A stretch of DNA of 64,000 nucleotides from Octopus sinensis (Eukaryota), in contig NC_042999.1 of NCBI RefSeq assembly GCF_006345805.1, forward strand, positions 168,144,001 through 168,208,000. Direction: 5' to 3'. Shown here in pieces: positions 25,615 to 38,333 of this stretch. Below the pieces are notes generated by a model. That model had not been told where the DNA came from. It saw only the letters and a program-made list of their open reading frames with translations, and did not search any database. Position numbers and translations under genes: made by a program. The stretch's first letter is position 1. The number at the start of each line of letters is the position of its first letter.

Positions 25615-26169
25615 TTTCTTTTTAATACAATTAATAGAACAAATATTTAATTCAGTCAACAGCAAATGAAAAATGAGCTTTCCTTAGCAGTATGTTTTCA
25701 GCATCTCAGCAACTATATCTGATGGTTTGGCAGCTTTCTGTGCCTTCATATTCTTAAAGGTCATTTTCAATGTCTATTTCAAAAGTTGGTCTCTTTTTGG
25801 GGTCTACTTGGAGTAGATACTCTACTTCCTATATATTTTTTATATTGTAAAGGGAACTGGTTGCTTCTTTACACTTTTGGGGTGCAACTTGGGTGCAACA
25901 CAATTTCCTTTCTTTTTGTTTCTAGAAACTACCAGTCAGGAACGAAACACAAGTTTAAAAATATATACAATTCTTTATTCTCTTGGTTCAACAATGAAAC
26001 ACGATGGTATACTGGTATCCATTCTTACAACAATTCAGCAGCAATAGAACAGGTGAAATCCTAAGCGTCTGGGACAGGAGAATAGGTTGATCACACGTTT
26101 AAAAATACGTCCTTTCTCTTCTATCGTCCCCGACGCTATTAAGGAACGCTATAGAATTTATTCTTCAGT

Positions 26170-26285
26170 CTCTAGCGCATGTGCATGAGGGAACTTCCTT
26201 ATGCCTTTCCAGAAGGTTCCAACCCCGCACACGCACACTGAAGAATGACGTTGCGTGTGCGCACACTGGAATATGACGTCACTAC
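26170..26285. promoter_or_regulatory. Promoter-like motif cluster
   Basis: GCGCATGTGCA (NRF1-like) at 26175-26185, GCGTGTGCGCA at 26253-26263 and a perfect CRE TGACGTCA at 26274-26281, in a locally CpG-rich patch. Confidence 0.25.
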
Positions 26286-26624
26286 AATATTCAGCAACTT
26301 CTTGTAATAACATTTCGAGGACTTTTTCTTCTTGGCATCAGTGAAGCTAATTGCACCACTGTCATTTCAAACACATTTTTCACTTTCAACATTTTGATTC
26401 ACTTGGCACACAATATTGCAATCTAGAATACTTTATGCTTCTGATCTTTAATATCAACTGATTCCATAGAGATGAAAAGCAAAGCGACCCTAATAATGAT
26501 TAATTGTTCTGACACAAACCCAACAGAGACTGCATCTACTTCTACAATACAAACTTCCTATTTAAAGTGATCTACAGGGTGACTGGAAAGTAACTAAACA
26601 TTAGAAATTGTTTACAGAATTTTT

Positions 26625-26975
26625 AGTATTAGCGTCGCCTTACTGGCACTTGTGCTGGTGGCACTTGAACAAAACATTCAAGCGAGGTCGTTGCCAGTGC
26701 CGCAGGACTGACTCCTGTGCAGGTGGCACGTAAAAAACACCATTTCGAGCATGGCCGTTGCTAGTACCGCCAGACTGGCCCTCATGCCGGTGGCATGTAA
26801 AGCACCCACTACACTCTCAGAGTGGTTGGCGTTAGGAAGGGCATCCAGCTGTAGAAACTCTGCCAGATCAGATTGGAGCTTGGCGCAGCCATCTGGTTCG
26901 CCAGTCCTCAGTCAAATAGTCCAACCCATGCTAGCATGGAAAGCGGACGTTAAATGATGATAGTGATTATGATGA
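26625..26975 (+). mobile_element. RTE-like LINE 3'UTR copy
   Basis: Ends gcatggaaagcggacgttaaatgatga. Confidence 0.85.
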
Positions 26976-27197
26976 CGTCATAATGGAAATATTTTTTAAA
27001 CAGACAACACTAATGGGGAGTTCTTAGTCTTATTTCTTGTTTTCTAGATCAACCGGTCACTTAACTGTTCAGGAGTGAACTAAGGTAGCAGCACTTTATG
27101 AAGTGAGGAATTCCATGGTTTTGGTTCAGAGATGTGGTATGCATAGAAAGGTAAGCATGCAATTTACTGTCATTTTCCAATGTAATAAAGAACATGT

Positions 27198-28130
27198 ATC
27201 ATCATCGTCATCATCGTTTAACGTCCGCTTTCCATGCTAGCATGGGTTGGACGATTTGACTGAGGACTGGTGAACCAGATGGCTACACCAGGCTCCAATC
27301 TGATTTGGAGAGTTTCTACAGCTGGATGCCCTTCCTAATGCCAACCACTCCGAGAGTGTAGTGGGTGCTTATGAGGACCAGTCAGGCAGTACTGGCAATG
27401 GCCACGTTCGAAATGGTGTTTTTTACGTGCCACCTGCATAGGAGCCAGTCCAGCGGCACAGGCAATGACCTTGCATGAATGTTTTTTTCACATGCCACCA
27501 GCACAAGAGCCAGGAAGGTGACACTGGTAACGATCACGCTCGAATGGTGCTTTTTACGCACCACCGGTATGGAAGCCAGTTTGCTGCTCTGGCAACAATC
27601 ACGCTTGGATAGTGCTCTTAGCGCCCCGCTAGCACAGATGCCAGTCATCGAATTTGATTTTGATTTCACTTGCCTCAACAGGTCTTCGCAAGCAGAGTTT
27701 AGTGTCTAATGAAGGAAAGATATGCAAAAGTGAGCTGGTTACATTCCTGGCATAGGCCAAAAAGATTATGGTCTCACTTGGCTTGCCGGGTCTTCTCAAG
27801 CACAGCATATTTCCAAAGGTCCTGGTCACTAGTCATTGCCTCGGTGAGGCCTAATGTTCAAAAGTCATGCTTCACCACCTCATCCTAGGTCAACCTCTTC
27901 CACAAGTTCCATCAACCGCTAGGGTGTGGCACTTTTTCACACAGCTGTCCTCATCCATTCTCACCACATGAACATACTAGCACAGTCATCTCTCTTGCAC
28001 ACCACATCTGATACTTCTTTGGTCCAACCTTTCTCTCAAGGTACTTACACTCTGTCGAGTATGCACACTGACATTACACATCCATTGGAGCATACTGGCT
28101 TCATTTCTTGCGAGCTTACGCATGTCCTCA
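27198..28130 (-). mobile_element. RTE-like LINE 3' part (3'UTR + ORF C-terminus)
   Basis: (CAT)n tail; 27800-28125 is colinear with 62330-62660. Confidence 0.85.
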
Positions 28131-28269
28131 TCATTTATTTCAATAAATTTGTAAAAGGAATATGGATTTTATTATCAGATTTTAATGCCTACTTACCTTT
28201 CACCCACCCTGTAAATTAAAACCTTCCACCACAATTTCACATTAATTTACGTTCCAAACACCAGCTTAA

Positions 28270-28486
28270 CTCTTTTGTAACCATATTATTCTTGTAACCA
28301 TATTATTTGTGTTTCTTTCAATTGATTTTAAATATAACAAAATAACTTAGTTATCATTAAGCTAGTGTTAGGAACATAAATTGTGACTAAGGTTTGGTGG
28401 AAGATTTTAATTCAGAACTTTTGAAAACAAGACATTTTTGTACTACAGAGCCAGAAGTGGTTTCAGGTGGGTTGGTATTGAAAGGG
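28270..28486. mobile_element. TTAA piggyBac-type MITE
   Basis: TTAA|CTCTTTTGTAAC...GTATTGAAAGGG|TTAA; same family as 34120-34339 and 41410-41630. Confidence 0.8.
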
Positions 28487-28810
28487 TTAATGAACAAATA
28501 TACTGTAGATACAAGTACTCTGTATCTTGTATCTCTTAATCTAATCAGTATCATGCTATTTTTAATCAACACACTGCGAAGGTATCCTATGCCAGAGCAG
28601 CTTATGCATCGCATAAATAATAGCAAAATGCAGAAAAGATTCAATAACCCACCTACTGGATCTAGCAAGCATTTGCATCTAAATACCAATCAAGGGGGTG
28701 TAAACTGCAATGATAAACACCAATTATGATCAATTTGTAGAAGTAGAAATACTTATGATACAGCTAACATGATAAAACACTGATAAATAGAGTCAGGACT
28801 GCCTTATATA

Positions 28811-29120
28811 CATCATCATCATCATCATCATTTAACGTCCGCTTTCCATGCTAGCACGGATTGGACGGTTCAACTGGGATCTGGGAAGCCCGAAGGCTGC
28901 ACCAGGCCCAGTCTGATCTGGCAGTGTTTCTACAGCCGGATGCCCTTACTAATGCCAACCACTCCGTGAGTGTAGTGGGTGCTTTTTATGTGCCACCGAC
29001 ACAGGTGCCAGACGAGGCTGGCGAACGGCCACGCTCGGATGGTGTTTTTTTAAGTGCCACCGACACAGGTGCCAGACGAGGCTGGCGAACGGCCATGCTC
29101 GGATGGTGTTTTTTACGTGC
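28811..29120 (-). mobile_element. RTE-like LINE 3'UTR copy with 2 VNTR units
   Basis: (CAT)n tail; two gtgccaccgacacaggtgccagacgagg units. Confidence 0.85.
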
Positions 29121-29139
29121 CATATACAAATAAATACAA

Positions 29140-29570
29140 TAAATGCTCATGCAGAGAAAAATCAAAATATCCTTTGATGAATTTCTGTAGGAGTACAAAT
29201 TTTGTATATAAATGTACCGTGCACACAAGGGGAGGATCATATATTTACATTGGGCAGATGGCTGATTCTTTTAAGGAACGTTACCGTAACCATGTTGCCA
29301 GCTTTAAAACAATCAATAAAAGACATTCAACATTTTTGGCAGATTTTGTATGGTGACTGAAGGAGGATAAACTGAAGCACAGCATAAATTGGTCCATTGT
29401 AAGGTACACGAAACCATACAATATAATCTCCAGAAGATGCTGTCTCTGCTCCGAGGAATCCCTTTCTATTCTGTGGACTAACGAGAAGATCATTAATAGA
29501 ATTTCTGAACGACTCTCGAGAGGCCTACATGCATATAAATGTACTTTCGCACAATGCAGTGGGAATGAAT
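29140..29570 (+). pseudogene. Penelope-like element GIY-YIG endonuclease remnant
   Basis: YPLMNFCRSTNFVYKC...YIYIGQMADSFKERYRNHVASF...FVW*LKE...NWSIV...RRCCLCSEE: a VY...YIG motif plus the C-terminal CxLC typical of PLEs. Confidence 0.8.
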
Positions 29571-30254
29571 TTTGAGTAACCGTCAATATAATTTCATTTA
29601 CTTTAAGGTATGGATGACTTAACTTTACTTTTAACCTCAACATTCTTATAAACACCAGATTGATAGCTAACTTGCTTTGTGATCATGAGTGCACCAAATC
29701 TCATGTGTGCATAAGCTCACATTTGTGCAGATGCTTGCATGAGCAAGTGTACTTGTGCCATGCAGCTTGCCCGACGGCATTTATACATTTGCTAATGGTC
29801 ATTTCTAATACTTTTCTTCCTGGATTGTGTGTTCATTTCTCTTTTTGCTATCTATGATTTTATTTTTGATCTATATAAATGAAGGTATTTCCTCCATCTG
29901 GCTGCTTTTCTTTCTACAAAATGCAAAGTTACATTGCAGAACAGTTAAATTAATGAGTTGTATTAATTTATCCCCCAACGAGATACATCTGCACCACCAG
30001 ATGCTCCTGAACCAATTGTTGAGTGTCCCACCCATGAGGAGTCTATGCTAGATGTGTTGAAACAATTGTCGTGATTAATAATAAACTCTTGTATGTTCCA
30101 TCTTCCGTCTTTCATTTGCCATATACATAACAATCACTGCGAAAGTGGCCATGCCTTACCAGAAAGCTACCAGGTGTAAACCATTCGTTTTATTGCATAC
30201 ACACACATATATACATGCACACACACACACACACTTATATATATATATATATAA

Positions 30255-30481
30255 GGCGAGCTGGCAGAAACGTTAGCACGCCGGGCGAAATGCTTTGCAG
30301 TATTTCGTCTGCCGTAACGTTCCGAGTTCAAATTCCGCCGAGGTCGACTTTGCTGTTCATCCTTTCGAGGTCGATAAATAAAGTACCAGTTTCGCACTGG
30401 GGTTGATGTAATCGGCTTAATCCCTTTGTCTGTCCTTGTTTGTCCCCTCTATGTTTAGCCCCTTGTGGGCAGTAAAGAAAT
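30255..30481 (+). mobile_element. tRNA-derived SINE family B
   Basis: ggcgagctggcagaaacgttagc (A box) ... gagttcaaattcc (B box). Confidence 0.88.
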
Positions 30482-31124
30482 ATATATATATATTTCTTTC
30501 AGTTACCATTCACCATTTACAGAGCTTTGGTTGGCCGGTGGCTAGAGAAGACACTTGCCCAAGGTGCCATGCAGTAAGACTGGATCCGAAACAATATGGT
30601 TGGGAAGCAAGCTTCTCAACCACAGTCATGTCCCTGACAAAAAACACACCTTTAACTGGCTTTGACAGTGTATGTCAACCAAACCCATAACGGATGGGTC
30701 AAGCTATGTTAAATTCTGCATTAGCTTTTCTTTTTTTTTTTTCTTACAGCATAAAATTTATTTCACTGTTGTTGTTGTCCTTGTTTCACTTCAGATCAGT
30801 CCTCATTGATCAGATGTTAAAATGAAAGACTTTCCAACTGTGAATATCCTATATGTTAAGAATCCATGAAAACATTCAATCTATCCTTGAATGGTGTGAG
30901 TTTATGGATATTTGACTGTTGTTTCTAGTAGGATAGGTCAAGCAACTACATAGAAGCTCTCTCAGTGGCTCATATTCCACTGTTAGAAAACTGTGGTAGA
31001 AGACAGGATCAGGACTTTGTGCAATGAACCAGGTTTTCTAACAGTGGAATATGAGCCACCGAGAGAGCTTCTATGTAGTTGCTTGACCTATCCTACTAGA
31101 AACAACAGTCAAATATCCATAAAG

Positions 31125-31600
31125 TGGGATTCTGGTTCAAGCACCTTTATATTTTTTGGAATTTTCAGAAAATTTTTGCGAATTTTTGTTCTACACACAG
31201 AAATTCATTCGATTAGGGAAAAAAATTGCATGTGTGATGATTGAAGTGCGATTAAGCGACTCTTTTAGTACATCTCACAACAATCTAACACCTTCTTCAC
31301 TTCTTTGTAACTGACATATATTGATGTTTTTCAATATTTTCATCCCCATAAACTCATTTAAGGGATTTAAGTAAAAAAATTTGGACTGTTAGTATTTTAA
31401 ACTGATTAAAACAAAAGAATATTCGAAACAGAGGGGACATTTTAGGATTTGTGGAGGTAGAGGAAGTTAGAAAAAATTTTTTTTTTTATGTTTTCTTTTG
31501 ACAATAATATGAATTCCTGTTGTAGAAAAAAAATCGCAAAAGAATTCTGAAAATTCAAAAAAAATCTAAAAGCTATGAAAGGTTAGACCAGAATTCCATC
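31125..31600. mobile_element. MITE-like element with ~75-bp degenerate TIRs
   Basis: ttctgg...ttttggaattttcagaaaatttttgcga...ttctaca is inverted at ~31515-31600. Confidence 0.55.
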
Positions 31601-32723
31601 CCAGGAAATAGATTGGCTGTAAAGTAATTTATTCAAACTTAACACAAAGTTCATTGATAGAACACATTTCCCAAAATTATATTACTTTTTAATAATTTTC
31701 TTTTAGTGATCCAAGAGTTGAAAATTTCCAGTAAATATTACTAAGTGTTTTTCATTTCAATCTATTTTTTTGCTTGTTTCACTCGCTAGTCTGCAGCAAT
31801 GCTGGGAGACCACTTTAAAGAGGTTAGTCGAACAAATCGACCCCCTATTCTTATCTCTTATTAAGTCTGGTAATTATTTTATTGGTCTGTTTTGTCGAAA
31901 AGGAGACGTAAACAAACCAGCATCGGTTGTCAAGCAGTGGAGGTGGAGTGCGCGTGCGAACACACACGACGGGCTTCTACATAGTTTCCGTCAAGCAAAT
32001 TCATTCACAGGGCACTGATCGGCCCGGGACTATGGTTGATGACACTCAAGATGCCGCGCAGTGGAACTAAACCAGAAACCATTTGGTTGCAAAGCGAGCT
32101 TTTTAATCACAGTCATGCCTGCACCTTTTATTTCTAAAAATCGATTCAAACATGGGACACCATAAACAATATTTTAAGTGAACCAGGGAAATTACACCAC
32201 AGTCACTCGGCCCGCTAGAATTAACAACCAAATCTACCTCAAGTCTCACTGCAGTCTTCAAAAAGTTGGAGAACATTGTAGAGTGTAATCCTTGACATAC
32301 TACGTTTGGCATACTTCATAGGAATGAATGTGGTTCTGATCATGGGTCACCCCGATCAGGTGGATAACCTGAGGTTAATCAATTAGTAATACTTTGTTCA
32401 TTTTAGAAACAAAACTAAAAGTCTATGAACAGGCTCTGATATTAACAACGTGAAATTAAAAAAGGGTTAAGAGCCTTTACCAGAATCTAAATCATTCGAG
32501 TGTTGCTGCGAAGCATTCTGCTCTGTATCAACAGTTGGTAATCCTTCCGAACTTTCAGTTTGTAAAGTTTCCTGACCAGTTTCATCTGACATGGTTTCAC
32601 CTATAAAAGAAAAATAAGAAATGGTTTTGAGCATTCAGTTTCAACTTTTAAATTCAAAATAATGTTGAAAATTCCAAAACTACTTAGGCACGGCGACATT
32701 AAACTTTCTCAAAGATCATTAGT

Positions 32724-33227
32724 GATATTGGCGAACTCAATATGTTCTAACCAAGAATCGATATTGGCGAACTCAATATGTTCTAACCAAGAATCGATAT
32801 TGGCGAACTCAATATGTTCTAACCAAGAATCGATATTGGCGAACTCAATATGTTCTAACCAAGAATCGATATTGGCGAACTCAATATGTTCTAACCAAGA
32901 ATCGATATTGGCGAACTCAATATGTTCTAACCAAGAATCGATATTGGCGAACTCAATATGTTCTAACCAAGAATCGATATTGGCGAACTCAAATTGTTCT
33001 AACCAAGAATCGATATTGGCGAACTCAATATGTTCTAACCAAGAATCGATATTGGCGAACTCAATATGTTCTAACCAAGAATCGATATTGGCGAACTCAA
33101 TATGTTCTAACCAAGAATCGATATTGGCGAACTCAATATGTTCTAACCAAGAATCGATATTGGCGAACTCAAATTGTTCTAACCAAGAATCGATATTGGT
33201 GAACTCAATATGTTCTAACCAAGAATC
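32724..33227 (+). repeat. 36-bp minisatellite x14
   Basis: Unit GATATTGGCGAACTCAATATGTTCTAACCAAGAATC, no spacers; produces the (ILANSICSNQES)14 ORF. Confidence 0.97.
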
Positions 33228-34119
33228 TAAACCAAACTATTTATTCGGTTCGCCGATAGTTAAACGTTACTCTTCACATAATTGTATAGTATTGGTGCTT
33301 AGGGCCAAGGCGGTCTTTATCGAGCTTGACTATGTTCAAAAGCCTTCCAGCTACGACCATCCCGTCTTTTTAAAACTGAAGGGTGTAATTTGAGAGTGAC
33401 TTGCTCAGGTCGAGCGAGAGACCATCTACGTAGAGGGTACCCCCCTTAGCAGCTCGTATTCGTCGTTATTAAAAATATTTTCATGGATAAATTCCTTCCT
33501 TTAAGGTAACCATCGTCTTAGATAAAATATCCGCTGAAAAAAATCCTGTGCTTTTATCTTTGTTTTGCACTGTTTTATGAGAGAGAAAAACTTATTTTTA
33601 CCATTTAACTTAGCCATGTCCATTCATTAATCCTTATTTGTGAAACTGAAACTCATCTCCCGCAAAAAGCGTCTCCATTTGAAATAAACACTGTTCCTAC
33701 TGGCGATGATGATGATGATGTCGGGAACATCAATTTCCCAGCTTTCTTTAGCTTTACATTTTTTCTCCTCAATATCCTTAGGATATGCTATGTAGGAGAA
33801 GTCTGTAATTTTATTTCATATGGAAGTTTTCATATTGTTTTGTTGAGCGATCGGTGAAAAAATTTTGCGGCTGGGTTTGCAAACGTCTTCTTCGGTTTAC
33901 GGCGAATTCTTGTTCTTTTCATTATTTTTTTAAAATCTTTCTTCATGTGTGTGTGTGTCGAGCGATTTACGAGATTATAACTCGAAAGAATGATTAAAAG
34001 TAAAGCACTGGGGAAGGTCTGCCGTAGAAAAAACTTATGGGTAAAACGAACCATCACACACTTGATGTAGTCAGCCAAAACCTTCCACAAAAATTTTAAT
34101 TAAATATGGACAGCAGTAA

Positions 34120-34339
34120 CCCTTTTGTTACCCTATTTCTGTTGAGATACTCTGTGTTTCTTTCAATTAATTTTAAATATAACAAAGAATTTAGTAAAAT
34201 AACTTAGTTATCATTAAGCTAGTGTTAGGAACATAAATTGTGACTAAGTTTGGTGGAAGATTTTCATTCAGAACTTATGAAAACAAGACATTTGTACTAC
34301 AGAGCCAGAAGTGGTTTCAGCCGGGTTGGTACTAAAAGG
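34120..34339. mobile_element. piggyBac-type MITE (degraded ends)
   Basis: Colinear with 41410-41630. Confidence 0.75.
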
Positions 34340-34643
34340 CAATATGCTGATAATTCTGGATGTGTTCAGTGACGGAAATGAGTTTTATAAATTAGGCATA
34401 GGCTTTGATGCGTAAAGCTTAAATTGAGAGAGAGAGAGAAGAGTTAACCGCAAAAAGCCTCCCGCCACAAAATGCTGAAAACAGGGTCACACCGCCCTCC
34501 TGCGTAGGCCTTTCCTTAATTTCTCTCACAGCACGTTTCCACTTAATGGACCGCATCAGCAAAGTCTAGCCGTTTTTTTTTTTTTTTTTCATTTTCCATA
34601 TTCTTAATCTCCGTATTTTTCCACGTAGATTGAAAAAAAAAAA

Positions 34644-34997
34644 GGCGATCTTTCGTCTCTAGTAAACCTTTCCGTCGATTTCCGTAAAAAACTTCTTTTT
34701 TTTTTACATATGGGCTTGCGGGAACTTTTGATGTAATGAGAGCGAAAGAGACTAAGAGAAAGCGATTGTCTGTCTCCCACACCCCATGAAACACACACAC
34801 ACACACGCACATACACACATGTACATCAATGCTTTCCATGCACGGTAACTTCAAAAGAACTTCCCTCGTCATACAATCGCTTTCTCTTAGTCTCTTTCGC
34901 TGTCATTACTTCAAAAGTTCCCGCAAGCCCATATGTAAAAAAAAAAAAATTTTTTACGGAAATCGACGGAAAGGTCTACTAGAGACGAAAGATCGCC
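34644..34997. repeat. ~125-bp near-perfect inverted repeat with ~100-bp spacer
   Basis: 34644-34769 is the reverse complement of 34873-34997, with a few mismatches and a different T-run length. Confidence 0.9.
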
Positions 34998-35250
34998 AAA
35001 AAAAACTCTAAAAAAAGTTTTAAATTAAAAATTCGGCGGGGAGGGGGGAATTAAAAATTTTGAAATCGTGTTTTTTTGTTTTTTTTGCATATTCGGAATC
35101 TCCGTTATCGAAAACGTAGGCACCTGGTTTAAAAAAAAATCGGGACGGTCGGTTTCGCGGGGACGACTGTGCACCAAGTCTACCGTTATTTTTGTTGATC
35201 GAACTCTGAATCCTAGGGTCAATAACCCGCGCTCTTATCCACAATAATAT

Positions 35251-35260
35251 ATGCCCGTAG
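35251..35260 (+). CDS. Candidate first coding micro-exon (ATGCCCGTAG|gtaagt)
   Basis: ATG followed by a perfect AG|GTAAGT donor at the edge of a CpG-rich zone; phase 1 matches 36746. Unverified. Confidence 0.25.
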
Positions 35261-35389
35261 GTAAGTATAAAGTGAACTTTTGGGCTTATAAACCTAATAT
35301 TATATTTTTTCTTAATACTGATTCCCATATTACATTTATATCTGCTTAGGAGGTTATCGTGTCCTAGGATATGAGCTGTCTTAATCTTC

Positions 35390-35640
35390 TTATTTTCCAG
35401 TGGTGTTCTTTATTATTTTAACTTCATCCCACAGGGGGAGGTAGTCTCCGTTTTCCCATACATGATCGGCTAAACCCGATTTTTCGATATCCACTCGTGT
35501 CACAGCTTTGCGATGTTCATCTACCCTTATTTTAAAGGGACAGCATGTTTTGCCTTTGTATAACCGACCGCAACTGCATGGGATGGAGTACTTGCAGTCT
35601 TTAGTCATATACTCTTCTATGGATGAAGTTAAAATAAAGT
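35390..35640 (-). pseudogene. Penelope-like GIY-YIG remnant
   Basis: KYSIPCSCGRLYKGKT...RVDEHRKAV...EKSGLADHVW...WDEVKII. Confidence 0.8.
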
Positions 35641-35804
35641 ATTAGGTTACAGTGCCTTCCACCCAGCGTTCACCTGCTGTACAAAGGGATGCTGGAATGT
35701 ACAAAGGGATGATGAAAAGTTCCTGCCTTTAAGGGTGTCACCAACGTTCTGGATGGAAGCCCAACTTTCCAAGTTCTTTTACAGGGTTTAGAAGTACTGA
35801 ATCA

Positions 35805-36500
35805 TCATCATCATCATCATCGTTTAACGTCAGCTTTCCATGCTAGCATGGGTTGGACGGTTCAACTGGGGTCTGGCAAGCCCGAAGGCTGCACCAGGCC
35901 AGTCAGATCTGGCAGTGTTTCTACAGCTGGATGCCCTTCCTAACGTCAACCACTCCGAGAGTGTAGTGGGTGATTTTATGTGCCACCGACACAGGTGCCA
36001 GACGAGGCTGGCAGACGGCCACGCTCGGATGGTGTTTTTTATGTGCCACCGACACAGGTGCCAGACGAGGCTGGCAGACGGCCACGCTCGGATGGTGTTT
36101 TTTATGTGCCACCGACACAGGTGCCAGACGAGGCTGGCAGACGGCCACGCTCGGATGGTGTTTTTTATGTGCCACCGACACAGGTGCCAGACGAGGCTGG
36201 CAGACGGCCACGCTCGGATGGTGTTTTTTATGTGCCACCGACACAGGTGCCAGACGAGGCTGGCAGACGGCCACGCTCGGATGGTGTTTTTTATGTGCCA
36301 CCGACATAGGTGCCAGACGAGGCTGGCGAACGGCCACGATCGGATGGTGTTTGTTACGTGCCCACAGCACGGAGGCCAGTCGATGCGGTACTGGCTACGG
36401 CCACGTTCGAATGGTTTTCTTATGTGCCACCGGCACTGGTACCACAAGGATACAAATTCCATTGATGTTCATCTATTTTGATTTGGTTTGATTTGATTCG
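35805..36500 (-). mobile_element. RTE-like LINE 3'UTR copy with an expanded 63-bp VNTR (5 perfect units + 1 degenerate, ~35975-36352)
   Basis: (CAT)n tail; 63-bp unit gives 21-aa repeat ORFs in several frames. Confidence 0.9.
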
Positions 36501-36745
36501 AATGACTGCCACAATAAGTGTGTGACTCTGAGAGGGGAATATGTTGAACGAAATCATAATTAACTGATTCTCCTGTATTTTCTTTTACCCAAAACCAGGA
36601 ACTTCTCAGCCTGATCCCTTCGTATGCAAGGGATGTAACATTGTCCTTTGTTCTATATTATATTGACCCCCATCTCAAACTCAATTACAAGTATCTGGTT
36701 TCAGTTGGTGAAAAGCGGTCCGTAAATGACATTTGAAAAATTCAG

Positions 36746-36903
36746 CAGAGGTTCCAGTGATTGAATGTGGAGTAATTCTGAAAGAGAACAAGGTCCTATT
36801 CGAGTGGCCCTACGTTGCCCGCTATGCTTCTTTGAATGTAAAACAGAGCATTCACCTGTTTGGACCTCTTCTCGTCTCTGATGCACTCCAGTCACAGTAT
36901 CAG
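36746..36903 (+). CDS. Candidate host-gene exon, product unknown
   Basis: ag|CA GAG GTT ... TAT CAG|gtgagt gives 52 open codons, EVPVIECGVILKENKVLFEWPYVARYASLNVKQSIHLFGPLLVSDALQSQYQ, in apparently non-repeat DNA. The acceptor pyrimidine tract is weak. Confidence 0.35.
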
Positions 36904-37004
36904 GTGAGTTAATTAAATCCATCATGTGAACTTTTACCTGAATTGGAACAATCTTCCACAAGGTTGCACCAGTACATCTAGTCTAATATTCTAATTAGTA
37001 GTTA

Positions 37005-38333
37005 CTAGCAGACATACCCGGGACATTGCTCGGGATTTGAATAGTATAGTTTGTATATACGGTACAGTTAAGTTGAAACGTGATACAGGGAAGTGCAACA
37101 TTGACGACAAAGCATTTGTGGAGTTTGAAGGGCTAATTTGACCATGTGACAAGTCATACATCTGTTTGGAAGATTCCAGGCCCTAACCTGGGAAAGTGAG
37201 TGGAGGTATGTGATTTTTGAACACACCAAAAGGTTCTCAGGGGATATACTCTCCTTTGCGGCTGTCGGTGCTGCTGCTACCAATCAGCAGACATAGGAAC
37301 TACATCTATGTGGTAAATTAAGCGTGTGGTCACGCTCAACAGCACCACCAGAGAAATCTATATGAAAGAGATGACATGGTAAGGGGTGGGGATTTGTATT
37401 TTATTTATTTATTTATTTTATACTGGATGAAATCATGATTTTTGCAAAAAAGATACAGATATTACATAGCTGGTTGCTCAACTCTAACACGGTGGTTCTT
37501 AACTAGGGTCTATATAAGACTTGGCAGGTGGGGTTCTATGCAATAAAAACGAGACAATCTTTTAAGATGAAAATATCTAATGAAAGAAAACAAGAGATTT
37601 GAAATTTTCTAACTGGTTAAATCTACAGACAAATTTCAAAATCTCAAAAATGGTTGTTACAACCATTTTTGAGATTGAAATACATACTGAGGTCAGTATG
37701 ATCAATTAAATTTTTGAATATGATACCCCACCACAGTGACAGTCAAAAGACTAAACCTAATAAAATAATGTTTAAAGACTTAATAACTTCAAATTTAAGG
37801 TAATGGATTACTAACCACAATATAATGAGTTCAAACTTAATATTGAACTTCCACTCTCTACGTTAACACTATATGTACATCTCAGTCTACTTGACTTCCA
37901 CAATTAATAATTGGGATCCAATTATTGTAATTTGAAGTTGAATGGTTAGCAGTAAGAAAGATATCCAGATTTCTTTAAATATTATTGTGCAAAATATTCT
38001 GAGAAAAAGTACTTTTTTCACAACAAAACACACACACACAGAGGTGTCTCTGTAGTAACTTGAGCTACAACATAAAGAGTGTTCAGGCAGAGTTGCCTCC
38101 CTTAGCTAAAGACCTTGAAATTGTGCAACCTGACCTCTCGTTTTTGAGATTATTTTTGTAGTAAAAAAGAATTGTCATGTAAAAAACATACTTTATTTGG
38201 TTGCTGAAAGATTACTGAATCTTTTGATACCTCATACATCAAAATTGGAGACTAAGTTTTTGAATTCATAAGGAACATACGCGCACACACACAAACTCTG
38301 TTTCATATATATATATATATATATATATAGGGG

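Noticed and set aside
32724-33227. CRISPR array (36-bp, partly palindromic repeats)
   Set aside because: The units are contiguous with no unique spacers, there are no cas genes, and the context is eukaryotic.
33627-33806. Minus-strand frame resembling a TRPM N-terminus (SWEIDVPDIIIII)
   Set aside because: The IIIII comes from a (CAT)n microsatellite, the GG motif is absent, and there is no valid donor before the stop. Likely coincidence.
35830-36491. Five overlapping repeat-protein ORFs
   Set aside because: They arise from a 63-bp VNTR inside a LINE 3'UTR that is found non-coding elsewhere in the window.
37060-37250. Helicase C-terminal remnant (…DLSHGQ) in the non-autonomous Helitron
   Set aside because: The match is only about 4 residues with stops nearby, too weak to call.
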